Positions 9,465 to 20,756 of a stretch of DNA of 64,000 nucleotides are shown here, piece by piece (positions within the stretch are counted from its first letter, which is position 1; each line of letters starts with the position of its first letter). Under the pieces are notes generated by a model. The model did not search any database, had not been told where the DNA came from, and saw only the letters and a program-made list of their open reading frames with translations. The stretch covers positions 38,397 through 102,396 of the forward strand of contig DMPO01000006.1 of the NCBI GenBank assembly GCA_003455995.1, written 5' to 3'. A program made the position numbers and the translations under genes. The stretch is from Candidatus Azambacteria bacterium. Lineage in GTDB: Bacteria > Patescibacteriota > Minisyncoccia > UBA10092.

Positions 9465-11035
9465 TGATAGAAAAATTAAAAGAACATAAAATAGAAATTT
9501 TGTGTCTAGCCGTTATTTTATTGTTGGCTAGTTTTTTTTATTTTTATAATATCACCCAAAAAGGATTTTTTGACCATGACGAAGCTTGGTTTTCTTTGAC
9601 CGGCAATACTTACGCCGCCGCCCCAAAGATTTTAATAAACCATATTTTACATCCGCAAATAAGCGTTGAAGACCTTATTGCGCAATATATACCCGGCCAT
9701 ATCTTGTTTGGCACCTCTTTCAGACCATTTTTTATTTTTGTGAATGCGCTGGGGATATCAATTTTTGGCTACCATGATTATTCTATCTTTATACTCAATA
9801 GTATTATCGGACTTGTTTCTCTTTTGGTTTTGTATTATCTGGCGAAATCAATAACAAAAAACAACATTCAAGCGCTATTAGCCGCGTTTTTATTGGCGAT
9901 TTCAGGATATCAGATTTTTTTCGCAAGAAGCGGCCTTGCTCAAGTATTGGTTGGTTTTTTGTTAATTTTGGGCGCGATATTTTACGTCAAAACTCTGAAT
10001 GTCCCCGCTGGTTCTGGTCAGGAAAACTATAAAAATCTTTTATGGGCGGGATTTTTTTGGGGCATAATGTCCGTTTCCCACTACAGTATTATTGTAATTT
10101 TATTGTTGATTCTGGTTTTTGAAATTGCATTCACTCGCTTTTATCTTAAGCAAAAAATATCAGTTGCCGTTAAGCGGCTTTTGTGTCTCTTTTTGCCGAT
10201 AGCGCTGATGCTATTAGGGATGCAGGCAATCTCTTTTTTGCGAAATTACGCCCTTGACGAAATAGGGTATCCCGGAAAACCCATGCTTTATTTTGAAGAA
10301 TTTTTTTATCATTTTAATTCAGTAAGTGGCACGGGGTTTAGCTTTAAAAGCGTCGATTTAATTTTTTATGTTAAATTATTGCGCGACCTCAATGGCTGGC
10401 TCTACACACTGTTATTTTTAATCAGCCCGATTATTTTCTTTTATAAGAGATGGTATAAAAATCCTTCGCTGTTTTTTGTTTTTTTTATCGCTTGGGGATT
10501 TTTTTCCAGTTTCAGCATTATTGCGTTTAAAGGTACTAGAAATTTGGCCTTGATAGACGTTCTTATAAGTTTTATTTCGGCTTTGGTTTTGTATGAGTTA
10601 TTTAAATTTTATCAAACCAGATATTATCGGATTTTAATCATAGTTTTCGTTGTGGGTCTCTTAGTCAGCCAGTTGCGGATTGATTGGCAAATCATCAATT
10701 TAAAAAGCGGCTATAAAGAAGTGGCGCGATATATTACGGAAAATAATATACCGACCGAGGATGTTTACGGCGAAAATTGGCCGATACTAGCTTTTTATTT
10801 AAATAAAAAAGTCCAAATTCTTGATAGAAATCCGCGCATAGCATATTACGCATTTGATTGGCTTGTGAAAAGTGAAAAAGAAAAGGAATTTTTTTACGAC
10901 CTTCAGCGCAGGGGAAAAGTTATAGCGACGTTCGATAATCCGCCTGCGAATACATCAGCCGTGCTCGGCGAAAACGTTATTGTGCCTAAAGAAGATTTTA
11001 ACAAGATAAAGATTTATAAAGTGGTGCAATACTAA
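9461..11035 (+). CDS. ArnT/PMT-like GT-C membrane glycosyltransferase
   Basis: 'DHDEA' after TM1, many TMs, C-terminal soluble domain; ATGA overlap with the cupin stop. Confidence 0.75.
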   Translation: MMIEKLKEHKIEILCLAVILLLASFFYFYNITQKGFFDHDEAWFSLTGNTYAAAPKILINHILHPQISVEDLIAQYIPGHILFGTSFRPFFIFVNALGISIFGYHDYSIFILNSIIGLVSLLVLYYLAKSITKNNIQALLAAFLLAISGYQIFFARSGLAQVLVGFLLILGAIFYVKTLNVPAGSGQENYKNLLWAGFFWGIMSVSHYSIIVILLLILVFEIAFTRFYLKQKISVAVKRLLCLFLPIALMLLGMQAISFLRNYALDEIGYPGKPMLYFEEFFYHFNSVSGTGFSFKSVDLIFYVKLLRDLNGWLYTLLFLISPIIFFYKRWYKNPSLFFVFFIAWGFFSSFSIIAFKGTRNLALIDVLISFISALVLYELFKFYQTRYYRILIIVFVVGLLVSQLRIDWQIINLKSGYKEVARYITENNIPTEDVYGENWPILAFYLNKKVQILDRNPRIAYYAFDWLVKSEKEKEFFYDLQRRGKVIATFDNPPANTSAVLGENVIVPKEDFNKIKIYKVVQY

Positions 11036-11050
11036 ACAAATTCGGCAAAA

Positions 11051-12115
11051 ATGAAAATTCTCGTTATTACTCAAAAATATGACATTAATGATTCCAATCT
11101 TGGCGTTTTTATTGATTGGTGGGACCGATTGGCGGATAAAATGGAAAAAGTCTATATTTTGGCGCTTGAAAAACAATCGGAACCGACATTGTCTAATATG
11201 GAAGTTATAAGCATGGGGAAGGAAAAAGGCGCGGGATTTTTTAGAAAAGTTTGGGGTTTTTATGCCGGATTATTTAAAACTATTGGCAAAACAGATGCGA
11301 TTTTAGTCCATATGATTCCGAAATATGTCATTTTAGCGGCGCCGGTGGCATTTTTTTATAAAAAACCAATATACATGTGGTATACAGGGGTGTCGGTTCA
11401 CTGGCAGTTGCGCCTTGCGGTTATTTTCTGTAAAAAAGTTTTTACCGCCCATGAAGCGGGGATGCGCGTTAATACGAAAAAAAGAATTATTATTGGTCAT
11501 GGAATAGACACGCAGAAATTTTCAATTTCTAATTTTCAATTTTCAAATAATAAAGATGAAATTACGATTTTATCTGTGGGGAGAATCACGCCAACCAAAG
11601 GGCACGATTTTGTTATACGCGCTGTAGCGGATTTAATAAAATCCGGTTACAATCTCAAACTAAAAATAATCGGCGGGATAATCCAAAATTACCACAAAGA
11701 ATATTCGGAATCTTTAAAAACATTGGCCAAGAATTTACAGGCAGAAAAAAGCATAGAATTTTTAGGTCCAGTTTCTTACAAAGATATGCCGAGTTATTTT
11801 CAAAAAGCCGATATTTTGATTAATGCCGTAACTTTCGGCGGGTTGGATAAAGTTGTGCTGGAAGCCATGGCCTCGGGCGTCATTCCGCTGACTTCTAACA
11901 GCGCGTTTCTTACGGTATTCTCGGAAGAGACGGCGCGGGATTTTGTTTTTAAAGCCGGAGACGGGGAGGATTTAAAAATAAAATTAAGGCATATTCTTGA
12001 TGGAAAGATTTACTTTGATCAAAATCTATGCTCTGCTTTAAGAGATATAGTTGTTAAGAATCACAATCTTGATAATTTAATTGAGCGGATAGTAAAGGAG
12101 GTGGCAAATGATTGA
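11051..12115 (+). CDS. GT4 glycosyltransferase
   Basis: 'GHGID', 'SVGRI.P.KG', 'DKVVLEAMASG'. Confidence 0.9.
   Translation: MKILVITQKYDINDSNLGVFIDWWDRLADKMEKVYILALEKQSEPTLSNMEVISMGKEKGAGFFRKVWGFYAGLFKTIGKTDAILVHMIPKYVILAAPVAFFYKKPIYMWYTGVSVHWQLRLAVIFCKKVFTAHEAGMRVNTKKRIIIGHGIDTQKFSISNFQFSNNKDEITILSVGRITPTKGHDFVIRAVADLIKSGYNLKLKIIGGIIQNYHKEYSESLKTLAKNLQAEKSIEFLGPVSYKDMPSYFQKADILINAVTFGGLDKVVLEAMASGVIPLTSNSAFLTVFSEETARDFVFKAGDGEDLKIKLRHILDGKIYFDQNLCSALRDIVVKNHNLDNLIERIVKEVAND
11517..11544 (+). repeat. Intragenic 7-nt tandem repeat (AATTTTC/AATTTCT) x4
   Basis: aattttc-aatttct-aattttc-aattttc, encoding KFSISNFQFS. Confidence 0.8.
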
Positions 12116-12704
12116 TTATTTTTCGCAAAATTACAGCGATAAAAGGCGCTGGATGAGTTATTGGCATCAGATTCGGGAGATTTTAAGTTTCAAGCCCGAA
12201 AATGTTTTGATTATCGGCAAGGGCGATGGTTTAATCGCGGAATACCTGAAACTAAAAAACATTAAAATCATTACCCTTGACATTGATGAAAATATAAAAC
12301 CGGATATTGTCGCTTCGGTTATAAAAATGCCTTTTAATGATAATGAATTTGACGCTGTCTTATGCGCGCAGGTGCTGGAGCATTTGCCTTACGAGGACTT
12401 CGGAAAGGCGACTCTCGAAATAAAAAGAGTGGCAAAAAAAGGCGCGGTTATTTCTCTGCCTCATTTCGGCCCGGCAATCAGGATTTTTTTAAAAATCCCA
12501 TTTTTGCCGGAGTTAAAATTAAGCATAAAATTGCCCTATCCGATAAAGCATCGATTCAAAGGAGAGCATTATTGGGAAATAGGCAAAAGAAATTATCCAT
12601 TGAAATTAATCAAATCGGAAATGATAAAATCGGGCTTTTCCATAAAAAAAGATTATATCGTTTTTGAAAATCCGGCGCACCATTTTTTTATTTTGAAAAA
12701 ATAA
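12108..12704 (+). CDS. Class I SAM-dependent methyltransferase
   Basis: 'VLIIGKGDG', 'PF....FDAVLC.QVLEHLP'. Confidence 0.85.
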   Translation: MIDYFSQNYSDKRRWMSYWHQIREILSFKPENVLIIGKGDGLIAEYLKLKNIKIITLDIDENIKPDIVASVIKMPFNDNEFDAVLCAQVLEHLPYEDFGKATLEIKRVAKKGAVISLPHFGPAIRIFLKIPFLPELKLSIKLPYPIKHRFKGEHYWEIGKRNYPLKLIKSEMIKSGFSIKKDYIVFENPAHHFFILKK

Positions 12705-12705
12705 A

Positions 12706-13851
12706 ATGAAAATAATTTACATAAGCAATTCCCGAATTCCCACAGAGAAAGCCAATGGGTTTCAAATTATGAAGATGTGCGAGGCATTTTCCAACGCCGG
12801 CGCCAAAGTGGAACTCTGGATTCCTAAAAGATTCAACCGGATTAAAGAAGATCCGTTTTCCTATTACAATGTTGGGAAGATATTCGATATAAAAAAAATT
12901 TCGGTTATAGATACCATTCCTTTGGAAAAATTTTTTGGATCGATTGCCGGTTTGGCGGAATCGATATCGTTTTCAATTTTTGTTTTGTTTCATATTCTGA
13001 AAAGAGAGCAAAAAAATCTAATTTATTCTCGTGATCAATTTATTTGTTGGTTTTTAAGTTTTTTTAACGAGAAATTTGTATATGAAATTCACAGTTTCCC
13101 AAAAAATTTTAGATTATACAAAAGATTATGGAGGAAAACGCATTGCGTAGTGGCGATAACTCAAGGACTGAAAAGCCTTCTTATTGAACATGGGATAGAT
13201 TCGGGGAAAATACTGGTCGCGTCCGATGGAGTTGATTTGGAATTTTTTAATTCCGTCAATCAACCCAAAGAAGATATCAGAATCGAATTGAATCTTCCGG
13301 CGGGTGATTTTTTAGTGGGGTATGTCGGTAAATTTAAAACATTAGGCATGGAAAAAGGCATAAAAACAATGATTTCGGCCATACCTCTTTTGGGTAAAGA
13401 AATCAAAATAGTTTTTGTCGGCGCCGAAGAATCCGAGATAAAAGAATATAAAAATATGGCCAATCGCCTCAACGCGCTTTCGCAATGTCTGATTATTAAT
13501 AATCAGCCGTATTTAAAAGCCGTAAAATATATGAAAGCCATGGACGCGCTTGTCATACCGTTTCCCAACGCGCCTCATTATGCTTTTTACGCTTCACCGC
13601 TTAAACTTTTTGAATATATGGCGGCGGGGAGGCCGATTATCGCTTCCGACCTGCCCGCTCTAAGGGAGATTTTGAACGACAAAAACGCTCTCTTTTTTAA
13701 GCCGGAAGATGTGGATGATTTGGCGCGCGCCGTTAAAATGCTGAAATTAAGCCAAACTCTTTGTTATCATTTAAGTGGGCAAGCGTTTTCCGATGTCAAA
13801 AATTATACTTGGGGAGCAAGAGCCAAAAAAATTTTAAATTTTCTGCCATGA
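12706..13851 (+). CDS. GT4 glycosyltransferase
   Basis: 'DGVD', 'YVG', 'SPLKLFEYMAAGRPIIASDLP'. Confidence 0.9.
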   Translation: MKIIYISNSRIPTEKANGFQIMKMCEAFSNAGAKVELWIPKRFNRIKEDPFSYYNVGKIFDIKKISVIDTIPLEKFFGSIAGLAESISFSIFVLFHILKREQKNLIYSRDQFICWFLSFFNEKFVYEIHSFPKNFRLYKRLWRKTHCVVAITQGLKSLLIEHGIDSGKILVASDGVDLEFFNSVNQPKEDIRIELNLPAGDFLVGYVGKFKTLGMEKGIKTMISAIPLLGKEIKIVFVGAEESEIKEYKNMANRLNALSQCLIINNQPYLKAVKYMKAMDALVIPFPNAPHYAFYASPLKLFEYMAAGRPIIASDLPALREILNDKNALFFKPEDVDDLARAVKMLKLSQTLCYHLSGQAFSDVKNYTWGARAKKILNFLP

Positions 13852-14549
13852 AAAATATTATAGTTCTTCCGACATACAATGAAAAAGAGAATGTCGCTCT
13901 CTTGGTGAAAGAAATATTCTTATCGCTTCCCGATATCGATATAATGGTGGTCGATGACAATTCGCCCGATGGCACCGCGGCAGAAGTTGAGAACTTGATG
14001 ATTCAATATGCCAATCTTTCTATTTTGAAACGGCCGATAAAAGACGGTTTGGGCAGAGCATATATTGACGGCTTTAAAAAATTGCTTGTTCGTGAAGATA
14101 TAGAAAATGTTATTACAATGGACTCGGATTTTTCTCATAATCCTAAATATTTACCCCAAATGCTTGAAGAAGCAAAAAGTCATGATTTGGTTGTTGGCTC
14201 CAGGTATATTAAAGGCGGGGGGATAACCAATTGGGAATTATGGCGCCGGTTTTTAAGCAAAGGAGGCAATTTTTATGTTGGAATGCTGCTCGGGAAAAAA
14301 ATCAACGACTGGTCATCGGGTTTTAATTGTATAAGAATTTCCGCTTTAAGAAAAATTAATCTGGATGGAATTGAATTTTACGGATACGCTTTTCTTAGCT
14401 GTCTCAAGTATTTTTTAGTAAAAGCGGGTGCACAAGCCAAGGAAATCCCGATAATTTTTGAAGAAAGAAGAAAAGGCAAGTCGAAAATGTCGGGAAGTAT
14501 AATCCGTGAAGGACTTATAGCGCCATGGAAAATATTATTTACAAAATAA
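13848..14549 (+). CDS. Polyprenol monophosphomannose synthase (DPM1-like GT2)
   Basis: 'LPTYNE.EN', 'VVDDNSPDGT', 'GLG.AY..GF', 'MDSDFSH.P', 'VGSRY..GG'; start at ATG 13848. Confidence 0.9.
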   Translation: MKNIIVLPTYNEKENVALLVKEIFLSLPDIDIMVVDDNSPDGTAAEVENLMIQYANLSILKRPIKDGLGRAYIDGFKKLLVREDIENVITMDSDFSHNPKYLPQMLEEAKSHDLVVGSRYIKGGGITNWELWRRFLSKGGNFYVGMLLGKKINDWSSGFNCIRISALRKINLDGIEFYGYAFLSCLKYFLVKAGAQAKEIPIIFEERRKGKSKMSGSIIREGLIAPWKILFTK

Positions 14550-16213
14550 AACATCATTGGGTGGCAATCAGCGTTGCGATTATTCTTGGCGTCACGATGA
14601 TTGCCCCAATTTTTTATTTTCAAGCAAAACTCAACGAAAATTTTAGAGGAATCCCACCGAAAGTTGTAAATGATGTAGATTTTTATTACGCGCGCATCAA
14701 AGATGTTGTCGATGGGCATTCATTTTTAAGCAATGCTTATTTATTTGAACATAAAAACGGCCTGCCCCAACAAGTATTTTTCGCGGAATGGCTTTTAGCT
14801 CAACCGATAAAAATATTTAATCTGAATATCAACATCGTCCATCTTATCTATAATTTTTTATTGCCGGCGGTTGCTTTCATTCTAACTTATTTAGCGCTGT
14901 TTCTGATTTCAAAATCGCGATTTTGGTCAACAAGTTTATCCGTTTTTTTGTTTTTCGGACTATATTTATTATCTTTTATCCGGCCGGTAAGCCCGCAATT
15001 TAATTTTATTTTTTGGTTGACGCAGTTTATATTTCTTTGGCTGCTCATAATGGAGCAGAAAAAAAGGTGGGTTTGGTTCTCGGCGATTAATTTTGGTCTG
15101 CTTTTTTACATTTATCCTTACTATTGGACTTTTTATCTGATTTTTTTCGGTATTTTAACGGCTGTTTATTTTTGGAAAAACAAGGAACTTGCTCTCAGGA
15201 TTGCCATCATTGCCGCTGGCGGGCTTATCTTGGCTATCCCGTATTTTTATTTTAATTACTTATCGGCGCGATTGCCTTATTATACCGAAACATTGACGCG
15301 CCTGGGAATGATTTATTCCCATTTCCCGTCAGGATTCAGGATAATATTTTGGAGCGCGTTAGGTTTTGTGGTTTTTGGCTGGTTTTTATGGCGCAAAATT
15401 ATTACTTGGGACGCTAAAACACAATTTTTTATTTCAGGCATTATGGCGAGTATTATCGCAGTAAATCAGCATATTATAACCGGAAAAAATTTTGAATTTT
15501 CCAGCCATTATGATATGTCGGCCATGTTTTTTTTGATATTTGTCGCAGCTTATTTGATAAGCCAGTATAGTGCCAATTTAAAAATAATCTTAGGTATTGT
15601 CGTTTTTGTTTTTTCTATTTTAGGCATTAAAAATTATTCTGAGAGAGTTTTTGTCATTGATAAAAATGTCGTTTACCGGCAAAATTATGTGCCAATTTTT
15701 GATTGGCTTAGTAAAAACACCGAAAAAGACTCCGTAGTATACGCTAATATTGATATATCGGGACTAATTTCGGTTTATACTGCCAATAATATTTTTTATG
15801 TGCGTGAGGCTAATCTCTTTTTTATCTCCGACGCGGAAGTTTTGGACAGGTTTATTCTGAATAGTTTTTTCGAAAAATTTAATGAGGATTTCATCATTAA
15901 TAATGACAGGTCAATTTACGGCGTCAGATATATCGATGCGTTTGGGCATACGGTTCAAGCCAATAAATTACTCCGCCTTTTGGGCTTAAAATTAAAACCG
16001 GAAGTATATTTGCCGGAAGAAGCGATTGAAAAAGTTATAACGCGAGCCAAAGAGCTTCAAAAAAACGATTTCATAGATGAATTGAAAAAATTCCGTGTTG
16101 ATTACTTGATTTGGGATAAAAACAAAAATCCAAATTGGAAAATCAATGCTAAAAATTTTAAGCCCGTTTTTAAAAGCGACAATCTGATTATTTTTAAATT
16201 TTTAAGTTCATGA
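14525..16213 (+). CDS. Multi-pass membrane protein, putative GT-C glycosyltransferase
   Basis: 'D..FYY.RI' after TM1, many TMs, C-terminal soluble domain ('W...NT..DSVV', 'VDYL.W'). Confidence 0.6.
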   Translation: MENIIYKIKHHWVAISVAIILGVTMIAPIFYFQAKLNENFRGIPPKVVNDVDFYYARIKDVVDGHSFLSNAYLFEHKNGLPQQVFFAEWLLAQPIKIFNLNINIVHLIYNFLLPAVAFILTYLALFLISKSRFWSTSLSVFLFFGLYLLSFIRPVSPQFNFIFWLTQFIFLWLLIMEQKKRWVWFSAINFGLLFYIYPYYWTFYLIFFGILTAVYFWKNKELALRIAIIAAGGLILAIPYFYFNYLSARLPYYTETLTRLGMIYSHFPSGFRIIFWSALGFVVFGWFLWRKIITWDAKTQFFISGIMASIIAVNQHIITGKNFEFSSHYDMSAMFFLIFVAAYLISQYSANLKIILGIVVFVFSILGIKNYSERVFVIDKNVVYRQNYVPIFDWLSKNTEKDSVVYANIDISGLISVYTANNIFYVREANLFFISDAEVLDRFILNSFFEKFNEDFIINNDRSIYGVRYIDAFGHTVQANKLLRLLGLKLKPEVYLPEEAIEKVITRAKELQKNDFIDELKKFRVDYLIWDKNKNPNWKINAKNFKPVFKSDNLIIFKFLSS

Positions 16214-17580
16214 ATAAAAATAAACGGATTATTTTAATTTTTTTTATCGCCGTTTTGTCGGGGATTTTTTGGAATCAAAAAATGTTCGGTCAGTCGATTA
16301 GTTCCGATCAGCTAGGCTACGACGGTATTGCCATGGATATATTGAACAATGGGCAATTTACTGATTATGGGCAGCAAACATTCAGAGAACCTGGTTATTC
16401 TTTGTTTTTAGCTTTAATTTACAAAATTTTTGGTCACAATTATGATGCCGTCAGATTTATCCAGATTATTCTTTTTGGATTATTAGCCGTTATTATTTAT
16501 CTTCTGGCCAAAGATGTCTTTGGCCAGAAGATTGCGATTTTTTCAAGTTTAGGCACAGCGCTTTTTTACGGCCTTGCCAATCAGGCCGGTTTAATTATGA
16601 CCGAACTTTTATTCGCATTTCTAATTTGTCTTTTCATATTTTTCGCTTATAAGACATCCGCGGAGAACGGCAATAAATGGCTGATGTTTTCCGCGCTGGT
16701 TTTAGGGGTCGCGACTCTGGTTCGGGGCGTGGCCGAGTTTTTCTTCTTTTTTGCGATAGTTAATTTTTTCATCATTTTTAGAAGAAAAATTTCATATAAA
16801 AAGATTTTTGCCAAAATTATAATTTTCACGGTTTGTTTTTTTGTCGTTTTAACGCCATGGCTCGTCAAAAATAAATTTCGGAACGGCATTTCCGTTTCGC
16901 CGCTGATCGGCCATTTTCTGCTGCTGCAGACCGAACGAATGAAGGCGCTATACCCCCGCTACGCCGGCCATTTTGCGGGGTATTTACTAGGTTATTATAC
17001 CGCGGAACAATTGGGAATTTACGGTGGCTCGATCGACGATAAATATATTTCCCATTTTGAAGAGCCGATTCAGTTAAGAACTGAAGAATTTATTGCCGCC
17101 GGTTATGATTATGAAGATATCAGTAATATTTTTACCAAAGAAGCTTTGCCTAAAATCGCCAGGCATCCGATACAATTTTTATCCGTGTCGGTATTGAATT
17201 TCGTCAATTTTAATAGTCCGATTTTAATGCGCGGTCCGCTGTGGCAGAACGCGGCCGATCTTTATCCCCAATTCGCCGACGGCCGCCATCCGGAGATCCC
17301 CAGTTATCTTAAATTGATCATTGTTTTAACTCCGCGCCTGTTGTGGTTTTTATTATTCTTTTTCGTGATAAAGGCGGTAATAAAAAACATTTGCAATTGG
17401 AATAAAATTAGCTGGATCATTTTGATAATAGCTTATTTCAATATTATGTACGGCGTTTCTTCCGGCCTTAATCGTTACGCCTTGCCGATTTATCCTTTTT
17501 ATGTTATTCTGGCGGTTATTGGAATTTCAATCTTGTGGCAAAAAATCAAAGAAAAAAAATCGCTTTTATCACGGGAATAA
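16210..17580 (+). CDS. GT-C (PMT_2/ArnT-like) membrane glycosyltransferase
   Basis: 'SD...Y..IA..I', 'R.PGY.LFLA..Y', 'TE.LF', 'PW..KN', 'RY.LP'; resembles 45..1412. Confidence 0.78.
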   Translation: MNKNKRIILIFFIAVLSGIFWNQKMFGQSISSDQLGYDGIAMDILNNGQFTDYGQQTFREPGYSLFLALIYKIFGHNYDAVRFIQIILFGLLAVIIYLLAKDVFGQKIAIFSSLGTALFYGLANQAGLIMTELLFAFLICLFIFFAYKTSAENGNKWLMFSALVLGVATLVRGVAEFFFFFAIVNFFIIFRRKISYKKIFAKIIIFTVCFFVVLTPWLVKNKFRNGISVSPLIGHFLLLQTERMKALYPRYAGHFAGYLLGYYTAEQLGIYGGSIDDKYISHFEEPIQLRTEEFIAAGYDYEDISNIFTKEALPKIARHPIQFLSVSVLNFVNFNSPILMRGPLWQNAADLYPQFADGRHPEIPSYLKLIIVLTPRLLWFLLFFFVIKAVIKNICNWNKISWIILIIAYFNIMYGVSSGLNRYALPIYPFYVILAVIGISILWQKIKEKKSLLSRE

Positions 17581-18518
17581 CCGGCCAAGACGGCTCGTAT
17601 TTAGCTGAACTTTTGTTGAAAAAAAAATATGAAGTTCACGGTTTAATCCGCCGTTCCAGCGTTTTTAACGCACAGAGAATAAATCATCTTGAATTATTCC
17701 TGCACTACGGCGATCTGGCGGATTCAGGTTCCTTGGAGGCCGTTTTATCCAAAGTTAAGCCGGATGAAATTTATAATTTAGCCGCTCAATCTCATGTTCA
17801 AATCAGTTTTGAAATTCCCGAGTATACCGCCGATGTTACGGGACTTGGGGTTTTGAGATTGCTTGAAGCGATGCGGAGGCACTGTCCAAGAGCCAAATTT
17901 TATCAAGCGTCATCGTCGGAAATGTTTGGCGCCGTTAAAGAAACGCCGCAAAATGAAAACACGCCTTTTAACGCCCAAAGCCCGTATGGCATTGCCAAGG
18001 TTTTCGCCCATGAGTCGGTTGGCTGCTACCGCGACGCCTACGGTTTGTTTGCCTGCTGCGGGGTTTCATTTAACCACGAAAGTCCGCGGCGTGGAGAGAA
18101 TTTTGTGACGCGAAAAATCACTAAAAGCATCGCCGGAATAAAAGCTGGGATTCAAGATGAAATTTTTTTGGGGAACTTGGATGCCAAACGCGACTGGGGT
18201 TTCGCGCCCGAATTCGCGGAAGCGATGTGGCTGATGCTCCAGCAGGAAAAACCGGATGATTTTGTTATCGCTACCGGCGAAGTCCATACAGTCAGAGAGT
18301 TTGTTAAAGCCGCTTTTAACTGCGCCGGAATCAAGAATTGGAAAAAATATATTGAAATAGATCCGCGGTTTTATCGTCCGAACGAAGTTAATGTCTTACA
18401 GGGGGACGCCTCAAAAGCCAGAAAAATTTTGGGCTGGAAGCCGCGAGTTACTTTTAAAGAATTGGTCGAAATAATGATGAAGGAAGAATTAAAAAATGAA
18501 AATCTGTTATCTGGTTGA
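17535..18518 (+). CDS. gmd: GDP-mannose 4,6-dehydratase
   Basis: '[14 protein letters not shown]', 'AAQSHV', 'QASSSEMFG', '[15 protein letters not shown]', '[10 protein letters not shown]'. Confidence 0.95.
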   Translation: MAKNQRKKIAFITGITGQDGSYLAELLLKKKYEVHGLIRRSSVFNAQRINHLELFLHYGDLADSGSLEAVLSKVKPDEIYNLAAQSHVQISFEIPEYTADVTGLGVLRLLEAMRRHCPRAKFYQASSSEMFGAVKETPQNENTPFNAQSPYGIAKVFAHESVGCYRDAYGLFACCGVSFNHESPRRGENFVTRKITKSIAGIKAGIQDEIFLGNLDAKRDWGFAPEFAEAMWLMLQQEKPDDFVIATGEVHTVREFVKAAFNCAGIKNWKKYIEIDPRFYRPNEVNVLQGDASKARKILGWKPRVTFKELVEIMMKEELKNENLLSG

Positions 18519-19515
18519 TAACATGGAGCCCAAGCATGGCGGGGGAAGATATGCCGGCGATTTGATCGCCGCAGTTAAAGAAAGGGGTTATGATGCCGGC
18601 ATTTTAGAGGTAAATTCAATTTTAGACGCCGTTAAAGTCAGAAAATATTGCAAGAATTGCGATATTATCCACGCTATAGACGGCTATCCCTATGGAGTTG
18701 TCGCCGCGCTGGCCAATTTCGGATTGAACAAAAAAATTGTCATTACGGTCCAAGGCACTTACGCGGTGGCGCCGCTATACAGGTTCGGCAAAGCGGCGTT
18801 TGTCAAATGGGCGTATAGAAAAGCCGATAAGATTATTGCCATAAGCCGATATACCAAAAGAGAAATTTTAAAAAAAATTAATATCCAAAATATTGAAGTT
18901 ATTAACCACGGAGTTTATTTTAATGAATTTTATAAAGAGCCCATGGAATCGGAAGAAAAATTTATTTTAAGCGTCGGAGGTTTGAAGTATCGCAAGGGGT
19001 ATCATATTTCCATTCCGGCTTTTGCGCTGGCCAAAAAAGAAATTCCGGATTTAAAATATAAAATAATCAGCGGCTACAAAGACGAAGCGTATTTTGATGA
19101 ATTAAAAAAAATAGCGATGCGATGCGGAGTTGAGAAGGATATTGAATTTTTAAGCGGTTTAAGCGACGAATCGAGGAATAATTTATATAGGAAGGCAAAA
19201 CTTTTTATTTTAACCTCGGTAAACGAAAATCATCATTTTGAAGGGTTCGGCCTGGTATTTCTGGAAGCGGCCGCGGCGGGATTGCCGGTTATTGGGACGC
19301 TTGAAAACGGCATTGAAGACGCCGTAAAAAATAATTTTAACGGCACTTTAGTTTCTCAAAACGATATTAAAGCGACGGCCGAGGCGCTGTTAAAGATATT
19401 AAAAGATGAACAATGGCGCAAAGAATTGTCGCTTAATTCATTTTCCTGGGCGAAAGACAACGATTGGAGCCGAGTATGGCCCAAATATATCGAAATATAT
19501 CGAAATTTCGCCTAA
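18496..19515 (+). CDS. GT4 glycosyltransferase
   Basis: 'SVG....RKG', '[17 protein letters not shown]'. Confidence 0.9.
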   Translation: MKICYLVDNMEPKHGGGRYAGDLIAAVKERGYDAGILEVNSILDAVKVRKYCKNCDIIHAIDGYPYGVVAALANFGLNKKIVITVQGTYAVAPLYRFGKAAFVKWAYRKADKIIAISRYTKREILKKINIQNIEVINHGVYFNEFYKEPMESEEKFILSVGGLKYRKGYHISIPAFALAKKEIPDLKYKIISGYKDEAYFDELKKIAMRCGVEKDIEFLSGLSDESRNNLYRKAKLFILTSVNENHHFEGFGLVFLEAAAAGLPVIGTLENGIEDAVKNNFNGTLVSQNDIKATAEALLKILKDEQWRKELSLNSFSWAKDNDWSRVWPKYIEIYRNFA

Positions 19516-19519
19516 TTTT

Positions 19520-20185
19520 ATGTCAAAAAATTTTGCAAAATATTTTCAAAAAATAAAATGGGATGTATTGGCAAGAATTAAACCCAATTATTTTATTTAC
19601 TCCGATATAAAAAACAACGACGAAAGCAAATATATAAACAGCGGGCGAGAAGATGTCCAGAGGTTGATAATCAATGACGATATCTTGAAATCAAAAATTA
19701 ATTTCAGCAACTCTTCCATATTGGAAATAGGATGCGGCAACGGCAGAATGTCTCAATTTCTCAGCGAAAATTTTAAAAAAGTATATGCGGTTGACATTTC
19801 TCCCCGCATGATTGGTTTGGCGCGGCAGAGATTAGAAAGTTTTGAAAATATAGAATTTTTAACCACCAATGGCAGCAAGCTGCCCATCCAAAACAACGCC
19901 GTTGATTTTGTTTTTTCGTATATTGTTTTTCAGCACTTTCCGAATCTTTGGATGGTTGAAAGAAACCTTAGAGAAATAAAAAGAGTTTTAAAAGACGATG
20001 GGATAGCCAAAATACAATTTCGCGGAAAAATTTCCTCGGGAGGAATATTTAGAATGTTCAAATGGTATTATGGCGTATTTTTTTCCGAAAAAGAACTAAA
20101 CAATATCTTAGTGAGAAATGAGTTGAGGCCGTTAAAAATTTACAAGGGAAACGAAAAAGAATTGTGGGCGATATTCGGGAAATAG
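19520..20185 (+). CDS. Class I SAM-dependent methyltransferase
   Basis: 'LEIGCG.GR', 'VDIS..M', 'FSY.VFQH', 'RVLK..G'; start at ATG 19520. Confidence 0.85.
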   Translation: MSKNFAKYFQKIKWDVLARIKPNYFIYSDIKNNDESKYINSGREDVQRLIINDDILKSKINFSNSSILEIGCGNGRMSQFLSENFKKVYAVDISPRMIGLARQRLESFENIEFLTTNGSKLPIQNNAVDFVFSYIVFQHFPNLWMVERNLREIKRVLKDDGIAKIQFRGKISSGGIFRMFKWYYGVFFSEKELNNILVRNELRPLKIYKGNEKELWAIFGK

Positions 20186-20207
20186 AAACTGCCCGTTTTG
20201 AAAAGTA

Positions 20208-20236
20208 TTGACTATCATCATGGATTGTTATAGCAT
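20208..20236 (+). promoter_or_regulatory. Putative sigma70 promoter
   Basis: TTGACT-17 nt-TAGCAT, then boxA-like GTTGTTTAACA (20253-20263) and SD AAGGAGG (20271-20277). Confidence 0.6.
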
Positions 20237-20284
20237 GATCGAAATCTAAAAAGTTGTTTAACATTTTTTAAAGGAGGGGAGTTG

Positions 20285-20737
20285 ATGAAGTTGATGAAAA
20301 AGAAAGCAAATGAAAGCGTAATAGGGTATGCCTATGTTTGCGCCGATTTATTGCATGCCGGTCACCTTGATCATTTGGAGTTCTGTAAAAAATTTTGCGA
20401 TAAATTGATAGTGGGGGTTCTTACCGATAATGCGGTAATGGAAAAAAAGCCAAGACCAATTTTTGGTTTTGAAGAACGATTGCGGCTGGTTCAGGCCTTG
20501 AAGTGCGTGGATATTGCCGTACCTCAAGAAACCTACTCGCCGCTTAATAACGCGCCCGTTATGGCGGATATTTTATTTGAAAGCGCCGATCATGGAGAAG
20601 GGGCGCTTGAAGAAGCGAAACGGGTTATGAGGGATATAGGCAAAAAGGTAATTGTTGACATATTTCGCCCTCGTCACAATAGACGACCGTCAAGCACCGC
20701 GATTAAGACCAAAATCAAAAAAGAGTGGCAAAAATAA
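20285..20737 (+). CDS. HIGH-family cytidylyltransferase (TagD-like; also resembles the CTP-transferase domain fused to PEP mutases)
   Basis: 'ADLLHAGH' (HxGH), 'LIVGVLTD', 'EER..LV..LK.VD', C-terminal 'SST.I'. Confidence 0.8.
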   Translation: MKLMKKKANESVIGYAYVCADLLHAGHLDHLEFCKKFCDKLIVGVLTDNAVMEKKPRPIFGFEERLRLVQALKCVDIAVPQETYSPLNNAPVMADILFESADHGEGALEEAKRVMRDIGKKVIVDIFRPRHNRRPSSTAIKTKIKKEWQK

Positions 20738-20756
20738 ATAATGGAGGTTTTGTTAG

